Source: Planctomycetota bacterium (lineage in GTDB: Bacteria > Planctomycetota > B15-G4). Taken from it: a stretch of 64,000 nt of DNA. Where the stretch lies: the NCBI GenBank assembly GCA_965248575.1, contig CBDFJQ010000002.1:3424001-3488000 (forward strand). Reading direction: 5' to 3'. The notes under the pieces are model-generated. The model worked only from the letters and a program-made list of their open reading frames with translations, searched no databases and was not told the origin of the DNA. The stretch's first letter is position 1. Every line of letters starts with the position of its first letter. A program made the position numbers and the translations under genes. Below, piece by piece: positions 1 through 9,256 of the stretch.

Positions 1-83
1 ATGGATTGCACCCGGACCGGATGCTCGCTGCCGATCATGAGGTCCCTGATGGGCACCTGGATCGTGGGACGTCGCGTCACCAT
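1..83 (-). CDS. ispG: (E)-4-hydroxy-3-methylbut-2-enyl-diphosphate synthase, N-terminal part (runs off window)
   Basis: Manual translation MVTRRPTIQVPIRDLMIGSEHPVRVQS(M) matches the IspG N-terminal RRxT...IG...P(I/V)xVQSM signature. The ATG lies 2 nt after the M28 peptidase stop. Confidence 0.8.
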   Translation of the reverse strand, partial: MVTRRPTIQVPIRDLMIGSEHPVRVQS

Positions 84-85
84 CT

Positions 86-2017
86 CTAGCTGTCTCCGCC
101 TTTGGTCTCGAGCGTCGCTTCGAGCTCGATCTGCTTACCATCCCGGCGCACGCCGACCTTGATCACTTCTCCCGGTCGGCGAGAGAAAAGCAGCACCGCA
201 TAGTCTTGCAGGTTGCGCACGGTCTTGCCGTCCAAGCTGATGATCACATCGCCTTTCACCAGGCCACAGCGCTCGGCCGGGGAGCCAGCGCTCGACCCGG
301 TAACTCGCACGCCGTCGTCCAGGGTGTAGGTCATGTCCGGCTGAGAACCGAACCAGACCCCATAGCCCTTCACTTCGCGTTCTTCTTCGGGCTCGCCTTC
401 GTCGTGGGGGTCGGCGACCGCTACCGGAGCCGGCGGCGGCGTCGGATCCGTGAATCGTGGCCGTTCGGACACCGTCGCCAGGGCCATCACGAACTCACCC
501 GCGAGGGATGCGATGCGGGCGCCCGCCTTGGGGTCGACGAGCGGCGTGTCGTCCGACGGGCGGTGATAGTCGTCGTGCAAACCGGTGAAGAGCGACAGGA
601 TCGGGATCCCTGCCGCAGCAAAGGGCGCCTGGTCCGAGTTGGGTGGCACCCCATCCGACACGGCCAGCTTGGCGAAAGGCGCCCCCAAGCGTTCGTGGCA
701 GAGCTCCACGAGGCGCGGGAAGCTGGGCGAGGTGCCGAGGCCCTCGACGCTCAAGAAACCGCCCTCGCTGCGACCGATCATGTCCATGTTGACCATGCCT
801 ACAAACTGGTCCAAGGGCCGGATCGGGTGGTCCACGAAGTGATGGGAGCCCAGCAGGCCCCATTCCTCGGCCCCGAAGGCGACGAAGACGACGCTGCGTC
901 GCAGGGGCTGTTCCAGGCCCCCCAGGACATGGGCCAACTCCATCAGACCCGCAGTCCCAGATGCGTTGTCGTCGGCACCATTGTGAATCTTGCCCCGACC
1001 CTCCGCTCCAGCCAGCGACCCACCAGACAGCCCGTCACCCAGGTGATCCATGTGGGCACCGACCACGACGTATTCATCGGCTTGGGTCCCGGGCAGCAGG
1101 CCCACAACGTTGTAGGTGGAGACCAAGCGGCGCTCGGCCACGACGTTCACCGACACCATCCAGTCCGAGAGGTCGCCGCCATGCGCACCCGGATCAAAGG
1201 AGGACGGCTGCATACGCTCGTCAATGCGCGTTTGCATGGCCGCCATGTCCAGGCCCAGGGGGCCGAGGGCGCGCATGGCCGCAGCGGCGGACACATGGAC
1301 TGCGGGCAAGGATGCGCTCAGGCCGGCCGACCGACTCGCCCCATAGGCCAGGGGCACGTCCTTCTCGGAGCCCGGCGGGTAGTTGGCGGGGTCGTTCATG
1401 ACCACGATGGCCGCCGCGCCTCGCTTGAAGGCCGTGTTGATCTTGGTGGTGAAGTCGATCAACCCCCGGCCCGCGCCTGCGGCATCGAGGTAGCGCGCTC
1501 CAGCCGTCTCATCCGTGGAGTTCGCCCGCAGAGATGTACCGGGGCCACCCCGCAGCACCAACACGACCTTGTCGCTGACATCGAGACCTGCGTAGTCGTC
1601 GTAGCCGCCGTCGACGTCTCGGATTCCGTAGCCCGCGAACACCACCGAAGCCTCAGCCTGGCTCGTGGCGGTGGAAGCGAAGGGTGTCCAATCGGACTTC
1701 AGCTCGAAGCTCTCGGCCCCCACGGACAGGGCGTTGCCCTCACCCAGGGCCCGCGAGCCCGAGGCCTCGAAGCCCTGGAGGAAGCCGTCGTCCCCGCCGG
1801 GCGCCAAGCCCGCCGCAGCAAACTGCTCCGCCACATAGCGCGCGGTGGCATCCAAACCCTCCGTGCCCGTTCCCCGGCCACCCCGGGCATCGTCGGCCAA
1901 CCAGGCCACGTGCTCCTGGAAGCGCTGGCTGGAAACCTCAACCGCTGACCGAGGCGCGGCACAGGCGGACACCCCAGCAAGCAGGGCAAGAAGCCAAAGG
2001 GTCGGGGCGATCTTCAT
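86..2017 (-). CDS. M28 family metallopeptidase lipoprotein with PA and C-terminal PDZ domains
   Basis: Lipobox VSAC; Zn-binding motifs GAHMDH, NGADDNASG, AEEWGLLGS, NMDMIGR, YHRPSD; PA insert (VVFAGYGI..DDYAGLDV); C-terminal PDZ (GSPAERCGL..GDVII). Confidence 0.92.
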   Translation of the reverse strand: MKIAPTLWLLALLAGVSACAAPRSAVEVSSQRFQEHVAWLADDARGGRGTGTEGLDATARYVAEQFAAAGLAPGGDDGFLQGFEASGSRALGEGNALSVGAESFELKSDWTPFASTATSQAEASVVFAGYGIRDVDGGYDDYAGLDVSDKVVLVLRGGPGTSLRANSTDETAGARYLDAAGAGRGLIDFTTKINTAFKRGAAAIVVMNDPANYPPGSEKDVPLAYGASRSAGLSASLPAVHVSAAAAMRALGPLGLDMAAMQTRIDERMQPSSFDPGAHGGDLSDWMVSVNVVAERRLVSTYNVVGLLPGTQADEYVVVGAHMDHLGDGLSGGSLAGAEGRGKIHNGADDNASGTAGLMELAHVLGGLEQPLRRSVVFVAFGAEEWGLLGSHHFVDHPIRPLDQFVGMVNMDMIGRSEGGFLSVEGLGTSPSFPRLVELCHERLGAPFAKLAVSDGVPPNSDQAPFAAAGIPILSLFTGLHDDYHRPSDDTPLVDPKAGARIASLAGEFVMALATVSERPRFTDPTPPPAPVAVADPHDEGEPEEEREVKGYGVWFGSQPDMTYTLDDGVRVTGSSAGSPAERCGLVKGDVIISLDGKTVRNLQDYAVLLFSRRPGEVIKVGVRRDGKQIELEATLETKGGDS

Positions 2018-2037
2018 GGAGTGTCAATCCGCAGAGA

Positions 2038-2144
2038 TGGTGGAGATTCGGCGCACGGGATAGCCCAGGTCGCAGGGCCCGCCGCTCGCTTCTCAGCTGG
2101 TTCGCTTCCTGAGACAGGCGAAGCTGTACGGAAGCCGAACCCCC
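2038..2144 (-). ncRNA. candidate structured small RNA with tRNA-like ACCA 3' end
   Basis: 11-bp terminal stem GGGGGUUCGGC/GCCGAAUCUCC whose two G-U pairs work only on the minus strand, followed by ACCA. Internal stems are UCUCAG/CUGAGA and GGCCC/GGGCU. It fills the sufS-M28 intergenic gap. Confidence 0.45.
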
Positions 2145-2148
2145 AAGG

Positions 2149-3378
2149 TTAGTGATTCTTGGCTGGGTCGCGACAGGCTGCCAGTGCTTCGGGCAGCGCC
2201 TCCAGCAGCCGGTCGATGTCCGCCAGGGACGAATACACCGCCACGCTGGCACGCAGGGACGGCCCTTGCCCCATCCGACGCAAGAGGGGTTCGGCACAAT
2301 GCCAACCAGCCCGAACGGCCACACCCGACAGATCCAGGATGGTCCCAGCCACGTGAGGATCCCCCTCGGGCAGCGCCAGGGAGACTGACCCGGAACGCTC
2401 GGCGGCGGTGGCCGGGCCCAGAACCGTCGCTCCGTTCAGCCCTTCAAGGCCGTGCAGCAGGTGTTCGAGCAGCCCCAGCTCATGGGCTCGAACAGCGGCC
2501 AAGCCCACGGAATCCAGCATGTCGAGGGCGGGCGGGAAGGCGGAGACGGGGGCTGCCGCTGGGGTGCCGGCTTCGAACCGCCAGGGTGGCGCCTGCCACT
2601 GGGCGGATTGTTCGCTCACCGAGCTGACCATTTCTCCACCGAAGGTCACCGGCTCCATGGCGGCCAGCCGCTCGGCCTTGCCACGCAACACACCCACCCC
2701 CATCGGCCCGTACATCTTGTGCGCCGAGAAGGCGAGGAAGTCGGCCGCCCGGCTGCCGTCGTCCAGGGGCAGGTGCCCCACGGACTGGGTCACGTCCAGC
2801 AGAACGGGGACGCCGCTGCGCTGGGCAACGGCCACAAGAGCCTCGGTGTCGACGAGCGTACCCAAGGCGTTCGACACGCGTGTGGCCGCCAGGAAGCAGG
2901 TCCCCGAAGGAAGCTCGGTGGGCACCGGGAGACACCCGCGCTCGTCCACATCCAGCACGACCAACTGCGCTCCGGTCCGCCTGCACACCTGCTGCCAAGG
3001 CACCAGATTGCTGTGGTGTTCGAGGGCCGTCACAGCCACCACATCGCCGGGCTTCAGCCTCGGCTCCAACCAGGAGCGCGCCACCAGGTTGATGCTCTCG
3101 GTGGCGTTGCGGGTGAACACCACCTCCTCTGGATCTGCTTCCAGGAAGCGCGCGACCCGGCGCCGGGCCCCTTCATAGGCCTCCGTGGCCGCCATCCCCA
3201 GCCGGTGGTTCGCCCGGTGCACATTGGCGTTGGCCTCAAGATAGAAACGGCTCAGGGCCTCCAGCACCGCCCGGGGTCGATGCGTGGTGGCCGCGTTGTC
3301 GAGGGCCACCAGGGAGGCATCGTCAAGCGCCGGGAAGAGGCTCCGCAGGCTCGCGACATCCGTCTCGGCGCTGGTCAC
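2149..3378 (-). CDS. SufS/CsdA-type cysteine desulfurase (class V PLP)
   Basis: LDNAATT, NVHR, FTRNATESIN, EHHSN, SAHKMYGP (PLP Lys), FEAGTP, VRAGWHCA (catalytic Cys). Confidence 0.9.
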   Translation of the reverse strand: MTSAETDVASLRSLFPALDDASLVALDNAATTHRPRAVLEALSRFYLEANANVHRANHRLGMAATEAYEGARRRVARFLEADPEEVVFTRNATESINLVARSWLEPRLKPGDVVAVTALEHHSNLVPWQQVCRRTGAQLVVLDVDERGCLPVPTELPSGTCFLAATRVSNALGTLVDTEALVAVAQRSGVPVLLDVTQSVGHLPLDDGSRAADFLAFSAHKMYGPMGVGVLRGKAERLAAMEPVTFGGEMVSSVSEQSAQWQAPPWRFEAGTPAAAPVSAFPPALDMLDSVGLAAVRAHELGLLEHLLHGLEGLNGATVLGPATAAERSGSVSLALPEGDPHVAGTILDLSGVAVRAGWHCAEPLLRRMGQGPSLRASVAVYSSLADIDRLLEALPEALAACRDPAKNH

Positions 3379-3384
3379 GGTTGG

Positions 3385-3840
3385 TCAGGAAAGGCGGGCG
3401 CCGACGATGGTTGACACCTTGCGGCCGTCGCAACGCCCTCCGGTACGCGCCATCACTTCCTTCATGACACCGGCCATCTCCTTCTTGGTCTTGGCTTCCA
3501 GCTCGACGATGACCGTGTCGACGATCACCTCGAGTTCGGCGTCCCCGAGCTCGGCGGGCATGTACTTGCGGAGCACCTCGATCTGGAAACGCTCTTTGTC
3601 TTCCAGATCCTTGCGCTCGGCCTCCTTGTACATATCGGCCGACTCCGTGCGTGTTTTGACGCCCTTGCGCAACACCTTCAGGAAGGTGTCATCGTCAACT
3701 CCCGAACGATCCAGCCCCTGGTTGATGGCCACATTCTTGGCGTCAGAAACCAGCATGCGCAGCACTTCGAGCTCTTCCTTGCGCCCCGCCTTCATGGCCG
3801 CCTTGATGTCGTCCTTGACCTTTGCCTCGATGGTGCTCAT
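3385..3840 (-). CDS. GatB/YqeY domain protein
   Basis: DIKAAMKA...ESADMYKEAERKDL..KE...L..YMP, plus MAGVMK and DGRKVS. Start taken at MSTIEAK. Confidence 0.92.
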   Translation of the reverse strand: MSTIEAKVKDDIKAAMKAGRKEELEVLRMLVSDAKNVAINQGLDRSGVDDDTFLKVLRKGVKTRTESADMYKEAERKDLEDKERFQIEVLRKYMPAELGDAELEVIVDTVIVELEAKTKKEMAGVMKEVMARTGGRCDGRKVSTIVGARLS

Positions 3841-3912
3841 GGAGCGTCGCTTGTCCCGTCTGTGTGCCTGCGATGGATTGCCTGTGTAGCCAGCAGATTG
3901 CCGAGCGGCGCC

Positions 3913-3922
3913 GAGTATACTC
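3913..3922. promoter_or_regulatory. palindromic GAGTATACTC, possible bidirectional -10 element
   Basis: TATACT reads on both strands between the divergent yqeY and HEAT-cyclophilin genes. Confidence 0.4.
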
Positions 3923-3955
3923 CCGCCCGTCATTCCGCACTCGGGGGTTGGACGC

Positions 3956-6106
3956 ATGGGTTCTCAGACCACCACCAAGCGGGTGCCGCGAGGCCCCGCC
4001 TTCAAGCTTGTTCTACTCGCGGCGCTGCTGAGCCCGACTGCCTGCAGTTGGTCCGCCTGGCAGAACACGTCCGCCCCGCGTGACCTGCTGACCGACCTGG
4101 CGGACGACGGGTCCCTCGCCCGCGGGCTCTCTCACCCCGAGCCACGCGTACGGCGGCTGGCGGCCCGAGCCCTGGGGCGCCTACCCGCCGGCAACAGCGT
4201 TGCCGTCGTCCTGTCCGCCGCCAACACGGAGTCCGATCCCGAGACCCTCGTCGAGATCTGCTTTGCGTTGGGGCAGTGGCAGGCCACCGAGAGCGGACAC
4301 TTCCTGAGAAGGATGGCCTCTCATCAGCGCCCTGAAATCCGGGCCACGGCAGTCCTGGCGCTCGGCAAGCTGGCCGACGACAGCCGCACGGATCTGCTGG
4401 TCGCCGCGCTGGAGGATACGGCCGTGGAAGTCCGTGGCGCTGCCGCCCTGGGCCTGGCGCGTCTCGATGGCCGACGCTACGACCACGAACGAAGCCTGAC
4501 GGAAGAGCAAATGACGCAGCGCGATGCGGCACTGGCACGCGCCGCGCTGCAGGACCCGGACCCGGGGGTCCGGTGGCGAGCAACCTACGCCTTGTCGAAC
4601 ATCCGCAGTCGCCCCGGCCTGTCCACCATCCTCGGCCGCTGCGCCCGGGACGAAAGCAGCGCCGTGAGCCGCATCTTCGCCCTTCGGGGGCTGGGTGTCC
4701 TTCAGCGGGACAGCCTCTCCACGGCTGGACTCCAGGCGCCGGCCGGCGGCTCGGCCGTGGCCCAGGCGCGCCGCAGCCTCAACGACCGCGACCCTCGAGT
4801 CGCTCTGGAGGCCGCGCGCATCGTGGCTCAGATGGGGCCGTTCGTGGACGTCCTCAAGCTCACGGAAGCCGACTCATCCCATGTGCGCGTCCTGGCCCTC
4901 GACACCCTTCGCCAGCGGGTCCTGGGTCTGATGGAGTTCCCCATCGCTGCGGCGGGGGACGGCTCCTGGCGCGGGCCGCTCCTGTCCGCCTGCGAGCGCA
5001 TCGCTCGCCGCGATGCGTCCTCCGCGGTGCAACGCGAAGCACGAGCCATGCTGGTCTCCCTGGCCAGCGCATTCTCCGACGAAACAGGAGGAGAGCTCGT
5101 CACCGGGGAGGTGGATTGGACGGGGGCTCCGATCTCCAAGCAGCCCGTGACACGGCTGCAGGCCGCGGGCGACACCGCACGCAACGAATTGCTCCTGTCT
5201 TCAGACCCGCGCGACCGGGAGCGAGTGGCCCAACTGCTCTCCACCGGTGAGATCCGGGACCGGGTGCTGCTCAACCGGCTGCTGGAGGACTCCGTTCCCT
5301 CCGTCGTGGCTGCCGCCCTGGGCTCCCTCGACACCACCAACCCGGACACGCTGCACCATGATCGCGAGCGCCTCGAGCAGGCTCTCACCCACAAGGACCC
5401 GGCCATCCGCGGCACCGCCGCGCAGCTCGCAGGTCCCCTCATCCGGGAGGGCACGGCACCCCCTTGGTTGGTGACGGCCGTCGCCTCAGCCCTGGAGGAT
5501 CTCGAACAGCTACCCGTCTCCGAAGGCCTCGAGATGGAGGAAGCGCGGGCTGAGCTGGCTGGCGCCCTGGGCCTCCCGCACCTCGACCCCCTGCCACCCC
5601 GGGACAGCCCTCGCGGCCCTCTGCTGGACCGGCTCATCGAGGAAGAGACCCTGGCCCGCAAGGACCCCGCACCGGAGGTCCTGCTCGAGACCAGCCGCGG
5701 TGCCTTGCGGGTGGTGCTGGACCGGCTCGCGGCACCGCGCCATGTGGAGAGCTTCCTCGAGTTGGCGGACGATGGCTTCTACAACGGCCTCGACATCCAT
5801 CGCGTGGTACCCAACTTCGTGGTGCAAGGCCTGGACCCCAGACATGACGGCTGGGGTGTGGCCGGGCGGCGCGTTCCCGACGAGTTCGGACGCGCCTCCT
5901 ATCTCACGGGTTCCTTGGGCATGCCCCACGCCGGAAGCGCCCATTCGGGCGGTTGCCAGATCTTCATCACGCACGTGCCCACGCCCCATCTCGACGGCGC
6001 CTACACCCATTTCGGCAAGGTGGTGGAGGGCATCGAGATCGTCAACCAGCTCGAAATCGGCGACGTCATCAAGAGCGTGCGGCGCGTTCCCGCTCGCGGC
6101 AGCTGA
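3956..6106 (+). CDS. HEAT-repeat protein with C-terminal cyclophilin-type peptidyl-prolyl isomerase (probable lipoprotein)
   Basis: Repeated VRxxAAxALG motifs; C-terminal FYNGLDIHRVVPNFVVQGLDP, QIFITH..PHLDG.YT.FGKVVEG; N-terminal LLSPTAC. Confidence 0.85.
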   Translation: MGSQTTTKRVPRGPAFKLVLLAALLSPTACSWSAWQNTSAPRDLLTDLADDGSLARGLSHPEPRVRRLAARALGRLPAGNSVAVVLSAANTESDPETLVEICFALGQWQATESGHFLRRMASHQRPEIRATAVLALGKLADDSRTDLLVAALEDTAVEVRGAAALGLARLDGRRYDHERSLTEEQMTQRDAALARAALQDPDPGVRWRATYALSNIRSRPGLSTILGRCARDESSAVSRIFALRGLGVLQRDSLSTAGLQAPAGGSAVAQARRSLNDRDPRVALEAARIVAQMGPFVDVLKLTEADSSHVRVLALDTLRQRVLGLMEFPIAAAGDGSWRGPLLSACERIARRDASSAVQREARAMLVSLASAFSDETGGELVTGEVDWTGAPISKQPVTRLQAAGDTARNELLLSSDPRDRERVAQLLSTGEIRDRVLLNRLLEDSVPSVVAAALGSLDTTNPDTLHHDRERLEQALTHKDPAIRGTAAQLAGPLIREGTAPPWLVTAVASALEDLEQLPVSEGLEMEEARAELAGALGLPHLDPLPPRDSPRGPLLDRLIEEETLARKDPAPEVLLETSRGALRVVLDRLAAPRHVESFLELADDGFYNGLDIHRVVPNFVVQGLDPRHDGWGVAGRRVPDEFGRASYLTGSLGMPHAGSAHSGGCQIFITHVPTPHLDGAYTHFGKVVEGIEIVNQLEIGDVIKSVRRVPARGS

Positions 6107-6139
6107 CCCGAACAGCTCGGCAACACACCAGGAGGCAGG

Positions 6140-6901
6140 ATGAGCAAGGCATTCCGTATCGACGACAAGCTGGCCCTCGTGACCGGCGGCGGCCGGGGAT
6201 TGGGCCGCGCCATGGCCGTGGGTTTGGCTGAGGCAGGCGCTGACATCGTGGTGGTGGCCCGCCGGGCCGAGGATCTCGCCCAGACCGTCGCCGCCGTGGA
6301 GGCTGCGGGCCGTCGTTGCGTCGCTGTCGTGGGTGACGTGGTGGACGCGGCCACAGCTAGGTCCGCTGTGGAGACCGCCCTGGCCAGCTTCGGCCGGGTC
6401 GACATCCTCGTGAACAACGCCGGCTTCATGGACATGGGCCCCATCGAAGAGACCAGCACCGAAGACTGGCGTCGCGTCCTGGACGTGAACCTCGTGGGCA
6501 GCTTCGAGTTCGCCAAGGCCGTCGCCCCCCACTTCCAGAAGCAGGGCTCCGGCAAGGTGGTGAACATCGCTTCGGTCTTGGGCACATTCGGCGTGGGCAT
6601 GGCCACGGCCTACTGCACCGCCAAGGCCGGCATCATGGGTTTCACCCGTTCGCTGGCCATGGAATGGGGCCCCCTCGGCATCCATGTGAACTGCATCGCC
6701 CCCGGTCTGTTCAACACCGACATGTCTGCTGGCGTCATTGGCAACAAGGAGTTCTACGACCAGATCATGGCCGGCATCCCGCGCGGAAAGCACGGCGAGC
6801 CCGAAGACCTGGCAGCCACGGCCGTCTATCTCTGCTCACCCGCCAGTGACCACGTGCTGGGGCAGGTCATCCATGTGGACGGCGGCGCGACGATCTCGTA
6901 G
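6140..6901 (+). CDS. short-chain dehydrogenase/reductase (KduD/gluconate 5-dehydrogenase-like)
   Basis: TGGGRGLG, NNAG, YCTAK, VNCIAPG, VDGG. Confidence 0.92.
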   Translation: MSKAFRIDDKLALVTGGGRGLGRAMAVGLAEAGADIVVVARRAEDLAQTVAAVEAAGRRCVAVVGDVVDAATARSAVETALASFGRVDILVNNAGFMDMGPIEETSTEDWRRVLDVNLVGSFEFAKAVAPHFQKQGSGKVVNIASVLGTFGVGMATAYCTAKAGIMGFTRSLAMEWGPLGIHVNCIAPGLFNTDMSAGVIGNKEFYDQIMAGIPRGKHGEPEDLAATAVYLCSPASDHVLGQVIHVDGGATIS

Positions 6902-6941
6902 GCCTCGCTCGACGGGGCAGGCCGCCAGGTCAACGCGGGCT

Positions 6942-6961
6942 CGTCCGGCGAAAGCCGGGCG
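6942..6961. terminator. GNRA-capped GC hairpin between convergent genes
   Basis: CGTCCGGC-GAAA-GCCGGGCG; no U-tract. Confidence 0.35.
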
Positions 6962-6981
6962 CCACCGGGCTCAGCCCATCC

Positions 6982-7173
6982 TCAACCCTGGCTGAGCTCC
7001 CCACCGGCCGCTTTCCAGAGCGTCGCCCGCTCTTCCCACTTGGCCAAGGCGCGGTGGTGGTAGGTCCAGATGCACGGGTCGCAGGCCGTGTTGCAGCAGT
7101 GCTCCGGCCGCGGCGGGCTGGGCTTGGGGCCGGGGTGCTCGGCGACGTCGGGCTTGTCCTCGGGGCTGGTCAC
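6982..7173 (-). CDS. small oxidoreductase-like (Oxidored-like) Cys domain protein
   Basis: PPRPEHCCNTACDPCIW..Y..AL..W matches the P..P..CCxxxCxxCV(W/F)..Y pattern. Confidence 0.75.
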   Translation of the reverse strand: MTSPEDKPDVAEHPGPKPSPPRPEHCCNTACDPCIWTYHHRALAKWEERATLWKAAGGELSQG

Positions 7174-7218
7174 GGGGTCATGGTAGTGCGGGATGCCATG
7201 GCTGGGGAGGCGCCTCTG

Positions 7219-8427
7219 TCAGCACTCTCCCGACGACGGATCTGAGGGCCCTGCTCCGACTCCATCCCGCCTCTTCGCCGGGAGAATCACCTGCACAATG
7301 GTCCCTCCCTGGGGATTGTTCATGGCTGCAATGCTTCCGCCATGAGCCTCGACGATGGACTTGCTGATGGTGAGTCCGAGCCCCCCGCCCCGTCCGGAAT
7401 GGTCGATGGCATGGAAAGGCTCGAAGTGCTGGTCCTGTTCGCCGGGCGCGATGCCGGCTCCCATGTCCCACACCTCGATGCACACCGTGTCGTCGTCGAG
7501 CCGATCGGCATGGACCGACACCTTCCCTGGAGTGCCCGTCGCGCGGAGCGCACTCTCGACCAGGGTGTTGAGCAGCTGCGTGAGCCTCAAGGGGTCCCCC
7601 GGAACTCCGCGCAGATCCCCGAGCGCCCTCAGCTCGATCTCCACGCCCAGCGCACTCGTCTCGGCGGCATGACTGTCCACCACCTGCTGGAGCAAGGTGC
7701 CTAGATGGACACCGACCTTATGCAGGTGGATGCCGTTGCCGAAGTCCAGGAGGCTATCGATGAAGGCGAGTGCGCGCTCCGTGGCCTCCTGCACCCGCTC
7801 GAGGTTGCGCTGGACGCCACTGTCCGTGGTCCCCATGGACTGCTCGAGTTCCCTCTGGCCGAAGGCGATCACCTGCAAGGGGCTCTTGATCTCGTGTGCA
7901 ATGCCCGCGGTGAGCTGCCCCAGGGAGGCGAAGTTCCACACACTTCGCAGCTCCTTTCTCAAAGCGTCCCGCTGGGAGATGGACCGCTTGAGGCGGTTGG
8001 CGCCCACGACCCCGCTCACGAAGTGCTCGGGTGAGAGGTCCTCCCTCCGCAGCAGAACCTCTGGCGGACGCCCCAGGCTGTTCCTCGCCTCTGGGTCGAC
8101 GCCTTCCGGCACGACCAGCACGAAGGCCGCCTTCCCGAAGCGGCGCACGAGCTCCCGCGCGCTCCCCTGCTCCAGGTCGCCACTCAAACCCAGGTCCAGG
8201 ACGACCACATGAAAGGCCTTCTCAATGAGCAGCTGGCATGCCTCCACGCCGCCCACCACCGACACGGTCTGGAGCGGGAGGTCGTCGCAGCGCTCAAGCC
8301 AGTTGGCGAAGTCGCGACAGTGCTCCTGAAGGTCGGAAACCAACAACACCTGCACCGCCGCCGCGCCTGCCTGAGGACGACCGGAGGGCTTTTGCTCGTC
8401 CCCCATCTTGTTCACACGGCTCACCAT
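7219..8427 (-). CDS. cytoplasmic histidine kinase with N-terminal receiver-like domain
   Basis: Receiver-like VLLVSD...VVVLDL; H-box GIAHEIKSPL; DMGAGI, FEPF and GLGLTIS ATP-binding boxes. Confidence 0.85.
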   Translation of the reverse strand: MVSRVNKMGDEQKPSGRPQAGAAAVQVLLVSDLQEHCRDFANWLERCDDLPLQTVSVVGGVEACQLLIEKAFHVVVLDLGLSGDLEQGSARELVRRFGKAAFVLVVPEGVDPEARNSLGRPPEVLLRREDLSPEHFVSGVVGANRLKRSISQRDALRKELRSVWNFASLGQLTAGIAHEIKSPLQVIAFGQRELEQSMGTTDSGVQRNLERVQEATERALAFIDSLLDFGNGIHLHKVGVHLGTLLQQVVDSHAAETSALGVEIELRALGDLRGVPGDPLRLTQLLNTLVESALRATGTPGKVSVHADRLDDDTVCIEVWDMGAGIAPGEQDQHFEPFHAIDHSGRGGGLGLTISKSIVEAHGGSIAAMNNPQGGTIVQVILPAKRRDGVGAGPSDPSSGEC

Positions 8428-8560
8428 TCACCCTCTCGGTTGTCCTGAAAAGGACCGATCCCCTGGGGTTGAGTATGAACCTGGAGAGGTCAGTCCCGAA
8501 CGTCCTTTCGGGAACCGGAATGTACTTCCCTGTATTCGTGCACACAGCCTGTCTGTTTTG

Positions 8561-9256
8561 TTAGTTGAATGCCTCTGCGACAACATCCTGGAAATGTGAG
8601 TCCCCGAAGAGATCGATGCCCAACGCTGATTTCATGAAGTAGAGCGTCAACAAAGAGACGATGCCCGCTGCGAATGTGGTGCCCAACCCGACGAAGATGA
8701 GCACCGTCAGTCGAGCAAAGGCCTGGGTCACCTGCCGGAAACGCTGGACGAGGAAGGGGACCGATTCGAGCTCTCCCCGCATCTCGGTGACAGTCTCATC
8801 CGCCACGGCGCTCTCCCGCTGTTCGTTGGCGATCCGGACTGCTGTTGCAACGAGGTGTGGCAACTTGTCGAAGCGACTCCCTTTCTCGAAGAGCCAACCG
8901 ACGCCGCCTTCGTTGATGGCCTCGATCAGTGTCTCCCGATCCGAGTGGGACGTCATGAGCACGCGGCCCACGAGAGGATGCGTGCGGCGCAGGGTCGCGA
9001 GGAACTCCAAGCCCGAATCCCCGGGCAGATCTCCTTCGCAGATCACGACATGCAGGTCTTCGCTGCGGGCGATCTTCCAAGCGTCCGTGACAGTCGCCGC
9101 CACATGCACATTGTAGTCGCTCTGCAGGAGCTCGCTCAGGATGTCGCGCACGAGGACATCGTCATCCACCAGCAGGACGGCGGGTCGTGTGTTGGGAGCA
9201 CGCGAGTCGACGCTGCTCGCGCTCTGCTCCTGCCTTCGATGGGTCATGTGGTGCAT
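8561..9256 (-). CDS. response-regulator receiver domain fused to a C-terminal hydrophobic (membrane) segment
   Basis: VLLVDDD, LPGDSGLEFL, LMTSH...AINEG; C-terminal LTVLIFVGLGTTFAAGIVSLLTLYFMKSALGIDLF. Confidence 0.8.
   Translation of the reverse strand: MHHMTHRRQEQSASSVDSRAPNTRPAVLLVDDDVLVRDILSELLQSDYNVHVAATVTDAWKIARSEDLHVVICEGDLPGDSGLEFLATLRRTHPLVGRVLMTSHSDRETLIEAINEGGVGWLFEKGSRFDKLPHLVATAVRIANEQRESAVADETVTEMRGELESVPFLVQRFRQVTQAFARLTVLIFVGLGTTFAAGIVSLLTLYFMKSALGIDLFGDSHFQDVVAEAFN

Noticed and set aside
206..1948. Long antisense and alternate-frame ORFs (also e.g. 16067-17677, 25709-27541, 28562-30340, 32438-34066, 39447-41033)
   Set aside because: Shadow ORFs of recognisable genes in high-GC DNA; no motifs of their own.
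2038..2144. Assignment of the intergenic structure to SRP RNA, TPP or glycine riboswitch, 5S rRNA, tmRNA or tRNA-Sec
   Set aside because: Only isolated words match (GCUGAGA, UCUCAGG, CGAAC); the required motifs and order are missing. Kept as unassigned.
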